Below, piece after piece: positions 60,581-64,000 of a DNA stretch of 64,000 bases. Position numbers and translations under genes: made by a program. Positions within the stretch are counted from its first letter, which is position 1, and every line of letters starts with the position of its first letter. This DNA comes from an uncultured Actinomycetota bacterium (lineage in GTDB: Bacteria; Actinomycetota; Actinomycetes; Propionibacteriales; Nocardioidaceae). The stretch lies in the NCBI GenBank assembly GCA_963801045.1, contig CAWDDC010000005.1:165568-229567 (forward strand), read 5' to 3'. The notes beneath the pieces are model-generated. The model made no database searches and was not told where the DNA came from. It saw only the letters and a program-made list of their open reading frames with translations.

Positions 60581-62566
60581 GTGAAAACACTCAACCTCGG
60601 GATACTCGCGCACGTCGACGCCGGTAAGACCAGCCTGACCGAGCGGCTGCTGCACACCGTCGGCGTCATCGACGAGATCGGCAGCGTCGACGACGGCAGC
60701 ACCCAGACCGACTCGCTCGCCCTCGAACGGCAACGCGGCATCACCATCAAGTCCGCCGTCGTGTCGTTCGCCGTCGACGACGTCACCGTCAACCTGATCG
60801 ACACCCCCGGCCACCCGGACTTCATCGCCGAGGTGGAGCGGGTGCTCAGCGTGCTCGACGGCGCGGTGCTCGTCATCTCCGCCGTCGAGGGCGTGCAGGC
60901 GCAGACGCGGGTCCTGATGCGCACCCTCCAGCGGCTGCGCATCCCGACGCTGATCTTCGTGAACAAGATCGACCGCGCCGGGGCGCAGGACGAGTCCGTG
61001 CTCCAGAGCATCTCGGAGCGGCTGCGGGTGCCGACCATGGCGATGGGCTCGGTGCACGCGCTCGGCACCCGCGACGCGGCGTTCACCCCGTACGCCGCGT
61101 CCGACCCGACGGCGGTGGCCGGCCTGGCCGACGTGCTCGCCGACCACGACGACGCCCTGCTCGCGGCGTACGTCGACGACCCGGCGTCGGTGTCCTACGA
61201 ACGACTGTGCGGCGCGCTCGCGACCCAGACCGCGCAGGCGCTGGTGCACCCGACGTTCTTCGGCTCGGCGATCACCGGGGCCGGCGTCGACGCCGTGCTC
61301 ACCGGCATCACGCGGCTGCTCCCGGCGGCCGAGGGTGACGCCGACGCGTCGGTCGCCGGCACCGTGTTCAAGGTCGAACGGGGTCCTGCGGGGGAGAAGA
61401 TCGCCTACGCCAGGTTGCGCTCGGGCACGGTGCGGGTGCGGGACCGGCTGCCGTTCGGGGGTGACACTGCCGGCAAGGTCACCGCGATCGGCGTCTTCGA
61501 CCGGGGGGCTGCCGACCAGCGCGGGTCGGTCGTCGCCGGCCAGATCGGGAAGCTCTGGGGCCTCGCCGACGTCCAGATCGGCGACGCGATCGGGACGCCT
61601 TCGCAGGCCTCGCACGCGCACTACTTCGCGCCCCCGACGCTGGAGACCGTCGTCGTGCCGTGCCGCCGCGGCGACAAGGGCGCGCTGCACGTCGCGCTGG
61701 CCCAGCTCGCCGAGCAGGACCCGCTGATCGACCTGCGGCAGGACGACGTCCGGCAGGAGATCTTCGTGTCCCTCTACGGGGAGGTGCAGAAGGAGGTGGT
61801 CCAGGCGACGCTGGCCGACGACTACGGCATCGACGTCACGTTCCGCGAGACCACGACCATCTGCATCGAGCGACCCGTGGGCACCGGTGCGGCGCTCGAG
61901 ATCGGCGACGTGGAGCCGAACCCGTTCCTCGCCACCATCGGGCTGCGCATCGAGCCGGCGCCGGTCGACTCCGGGGTGGAGTTCCGGCTGGAGATCGAGC
62001 TCGGCTCCCTCCCGCTCGCGTTCCTGCGGGCGATCGAGGAGACGGTGCGGGAGACGCTGGCGCAGGGCCTGTACGGCTGGCAGGTCACCGACTGCGTCGT
62101 CACGCTGACGCGCTCCGGCTACTGGCCCCGGCAGAGCCACGCGCACGCCGTCTTCGACAAGAGCATGTCCAGCACCGCCGGCGACTTCCGACACCTGACG
62201 CCGCTGGTGCTGATGAGCGCCCTGCAGCAGGCGGGGAGCACGGTGTACGAGCCGATGCACCACTTCCGCCTGGAGATCCCGGCCGACACGTACGGACCGG
62301 TGCTGCCCGCGCTGACCCGGCTGCGGGCGGTGCCGCAATCACCCTCGATCCAGGGGGCGTCCTACGTCCTGGAGGGCGCGATCCCGGCGGCCCGGGTGCA
62401 CGAGCTCCAGCAGCAGCTCCCGCCGCTGACCCGCGGCGAAGGAGTGCTGGAGTCGGCGTTCGACCACTACCAGCCCGCCCTCGGCCCGACCCCGCGCCGC
62501 GCGCGGTCGGACCACAACCCGCTCGACCGCCGGGAGTACCTGCTGCACGTGGTGCGCCGGGTCTAG
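60581..62566 (+). CDS. tetracycline-resistance ribosomal protection protein family GTPase (Tet(M)/Tet(O)/OtrA-like)
   Basis: Intact 661 aa. G1 is LGILAHVDAGKTSLTERLL, G3 is LIDTPGHPDF and G4 is FVNKIDR. An EF-G-like domain II-V layout follows (TVFKVERGPAGEKIAYARLRSGTV...). Confidence 0.85.
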   Translation: MKTLNLGILAHVDAGKTSLTERLLHTVGVIDEIGSVDDGSTQTDSLALERQRGITIKSAVVSFAVDDVTVNLIDTPGHPDFIAEVERVLSVLDGAVLVISAVEGVQAQTRVLMRTLQRLRIPTLIFVNKIDRAGAQDESVLQSISERLRVPTMAMGSVHALGTRDAAFTPYAASDPTAVAGLADVLADHDDALLAAYVDDPASVSYERLCGALATQTAQALVHPTFFGSAITGAGVDAVLTGITRLLPAAEGDADASVAGTVFKVERGPAGEKIAYARLRSGTVRVRDRLPFGGDTAGKVTAIGVFDRGAADQRGSVVAGQIGKLWGLADVQIGDAIGTPSQASHAHYFAPPTLETVVVPCRRGDKGALHVALAQLAEQDPLIDLRQDDVRQEIFVSLYGEVQKEVVQATLADDYGIDVTFRETTTICIERPVGTGAALEIGDVEPNPFLATIGLRIEPAPVDSGVEFRLEIELGSLPLAFLRAIEETVRETLAQGLYGWQVTDCVVTLTRSGYWPRQSHAHAVFDKSMSSTAGDFRHLTPLVLMSALQQAGSTVYEPMHHFRLEIPADTYGPVLPALTRLRAVPQSPSIQGASYVLEGAIPAARVHELQQQLPPLTRGEGVLESAFDHYQPALGPTPRRARSDHNPLDRREYLLHVVRRV

Positions 62567-62615
62567 TGAGGACGAGGCCGCCTTTGAGTGTCGGAACCGG
62601 GCGCTACCTTCACGC

Positions 62616-63407
62616 ATGACGTCAGCCACCCGGCCGGACTTCGTGGACGACTTCGACCGACCCGACCTCGATCGGGCGGTCTGGCTGCCGCACTACCTGC
62701 CGGCGTGGAGCTCACTGGCGGCGTCGGCAGCGACCTACGCGCTCGAGGACTCGCGCCTGCAGCTGACCATCCCGCCGGGCCAGGGGGTCTGGTGCGGGGA
62801 CGACCACGCACCTCCGACGCGGGTGTCGGGGATCCAGTCCGGCAACTTCTCCGGTCCGGTGGGCAGCACGGTCGGGCAGCAGCCCTATCGGGACGGGCTC
62901 ACCGTACGCGAGCAGCAGGAGACGTTCTGGGGCTGGACGCCGCAGGGCGGCTCGATCGAGCTGCGGGCACGCGGTGTCGTCACGCCGCGGTCGATGGTCG
63001 CGTTCTGGATGGTCGGCCTGGAGGACCGTCCCGAGAGGTCGGCCGAGATCTGCGTCGCCGAGATCTTCGGCAACGCGGTGGTGCCGGGCGAGTCCGCCGC
63101 GGTGGGGATGGGGCTGCACCAGTTCCGCGACCCGGACGTCGCCGAGGACTTCGAGGCGGTGCGGCTGCCGATCGACGTCGCCGAGCTGCACACCTACGCC
63201 GTCGACTGGACGCCCGAGCGGGCCGACTTCCGCGTCGACGGGGAGCTGGTGCGCAGCTGCCCGCGGCCGCCGACGTACCCGATGCAGATGATGCTGGCGG
63301 TCTTCGACTTCCCCGAGCAGGCGGACGACGGCGGCGATGACGCCGCCGCCGTCCCCTGCCTCGAGGTCGACTACCTCCGTGGTGTCAGCGGTCCAGAGCC
63401 AGCCTGA
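62616..63407 (+). CDS. concanavalin A-like lectin/glucanase fold protein, GH16-like, no signal peptide
   Basis: Intact 263 aa. AFWMVGLEDRPERSAEICVAEIFG resembles the GH16 ExDxxE strand with Cys in place of Asp. HTYAVDWTPERADFRVDGELV is typical of the family. Confidence 0.5.
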   Translation: MTSATRPDFVDDFDRPDLDRAVWLPHYLPAWSSLAASAATYALEDSRLQLTIPPGQGVWCGDDHAPPTRVSGIQSGNFSGPVGSTVGQQPYRDGLTVREQQETFWGWTPQGGSIELRARGVVTPRSMVAFWMVGLEDRPERSAEICVAEIFGNAVVPGESAAVGMGLHQFRDPDVAEDFEAVRLPIDVAELHTYAVDWTPERADFRVDGELVRSCPRPPTYPMQMMLAVFDFPEQADDGGDDAAAVPCLEVDYLRGVSGPEPA

Positions 63408-64000
63408 TGAACCACGCGGTGTTCATCCGCTCGCGCTGTCCGCGGGTGAACTGGTTCATGAACGGGTCGTCGGTGTAGTTCATGAAGTTGCGGACCGGGT
63501 CACGCGGACCGCCCGGGCTCCCGCAGGTGTCCAGCGAGACGTCCTCCTCGAAGATGTTGTCGCCCGCGAACTGTCGCGGGGTGTCGGTGACGAAGTCGTT
63601 GCGTGCGCCGCAGCTGCCCTCGAAGGTGTGCCGGATGTTCAGCCAGTGCCCGATCTCGTGGGTGGCCGTGTCGCCCTGGTTGTAGACGCTGCCAGGGCCG
63701 AGGTCGGCGTTGCCGCCCGGCATGCTCGCGCCCCAGATGACGACGCCGTCGCCCTTGTCGACGTTGGGCGACGGGTAGTTCGCGTAGCCCAGCAGGCCGA
63801 AGTTGGGCCCGACGGAGAAGAGGTTCAGGTGCCTGTGGTTGCCCACGTGCAGGGTGCGCTGCATCTCGCGCAGCGACTTACGGCCCTTCTTCTCGAAGTA
63901 GCTGGCGGTGTACCACTCCCGGCTCTTGGTACGCGAGACGGAGTTGAGGTGGAACCGGAACGGCGTGTTGGCCGCGGCCGGGCCGGTGAGGCCGGCGTAC
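63385..64000 (-). CDS. M43 (pappalysin/cytophagalysin-type) zinc metalloprotease, C-terminal part; the 5' end lies beyond the window end
   Basis: The motif HEIGHWLNIRHTF (HExxHxxGxxH variant) is in ORF 63385..63864. The frame stays open to the window edge (..FHLNSVSRTKSREWYTASYFEKKGRKSLREMQRTLHVG..). Confidence 0.75.
   Translation of the reverse strand, partial: YAGLTGPAAANTPFRFHLNSVSRTKSREWYTASYFEKKGRKSLREMQRTLHVGNHRHLNLFSVGPNFGLLGYANYPSPNVDKGDGVVIWGASMPGGNADLGPGSVYNQGDTATHEIGHWLNIRHTFEGSCGARNDFVTDTPRQFAGDNIFEEDVSLDTCGSPGGPRDPVRNFMNYTDDPFMNQFTRGQRERMNTAWFIRLALDR

Overview
High-GC actinobacterial chromosomal segment, roughly 70% GC by eye. The gene order resembles the oriC-proximal core of Mycobacterium and Nocardioides-type genomes.

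Left arm (1-19 kb): anti-sigma/ECF sigma, pseudokinase, murJ, an Rv3909-like gene and a divergent cca. These are followed by an MFS transporter flanked by two small calcium-binding-repeat proteins, then ino1-padR, a class A PBP, an Rv0051-like membrane protein, an alanine-racemase-like/FemAB pair and a dienelactone hydrolase.

Centre (19.2-45.1 kb): about 26 kb of catabolic and transport genes in four transcription units.
- HIBADH-like dehydrogenase, M24 hydrolase, 2-oxoacid dehydrogenase E1 alpha and E1 beta, ALDH and E2.
- lacI, divergent from a split transketolase, a second M24 hydrolase, a second HIBADH-like dehydrogenase and gntR.
- A Liv-type ABC importer, a FAD oxidoreductase, an alpha/beta hydrolase, a Tat-signal amidohydrolase and an EamA transporter.
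- An IorAB-like molybdo-hydroxylase.

Each unit is preceded by a near-identical LacI/GalR-type palindrome. This apparent single regulon for an unidentified substrate is the most interesting feature.

Right arm (45-64 kb): Erm(37)-like methyltransferase, nfo, a MacB-type ABC exporter, a small basic ORF, rpsF-ssb-rpsR-rplI, a MATE exporter and dnaB. These are followed by a DHFR-like gene, a methyltransferase, MarR plus a DHA2 MFS exporter, a DinB-like gene, a Tet(M)/OtrA-type ribosomal protection GTPase, a GH16-like protein and an M43 metalloprotease.

I saw no rRNA, tRNA, CRISPR array, transposase or integrase.

Major caveat: about 60 frame disruptions are unevenly spread and break otherwise full-length, conserved-looking genes, including murJ, cca and ponA. 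Most coordinates are therefore reconstructed across frame switches. The disruptions look more like indel errors than real decay.
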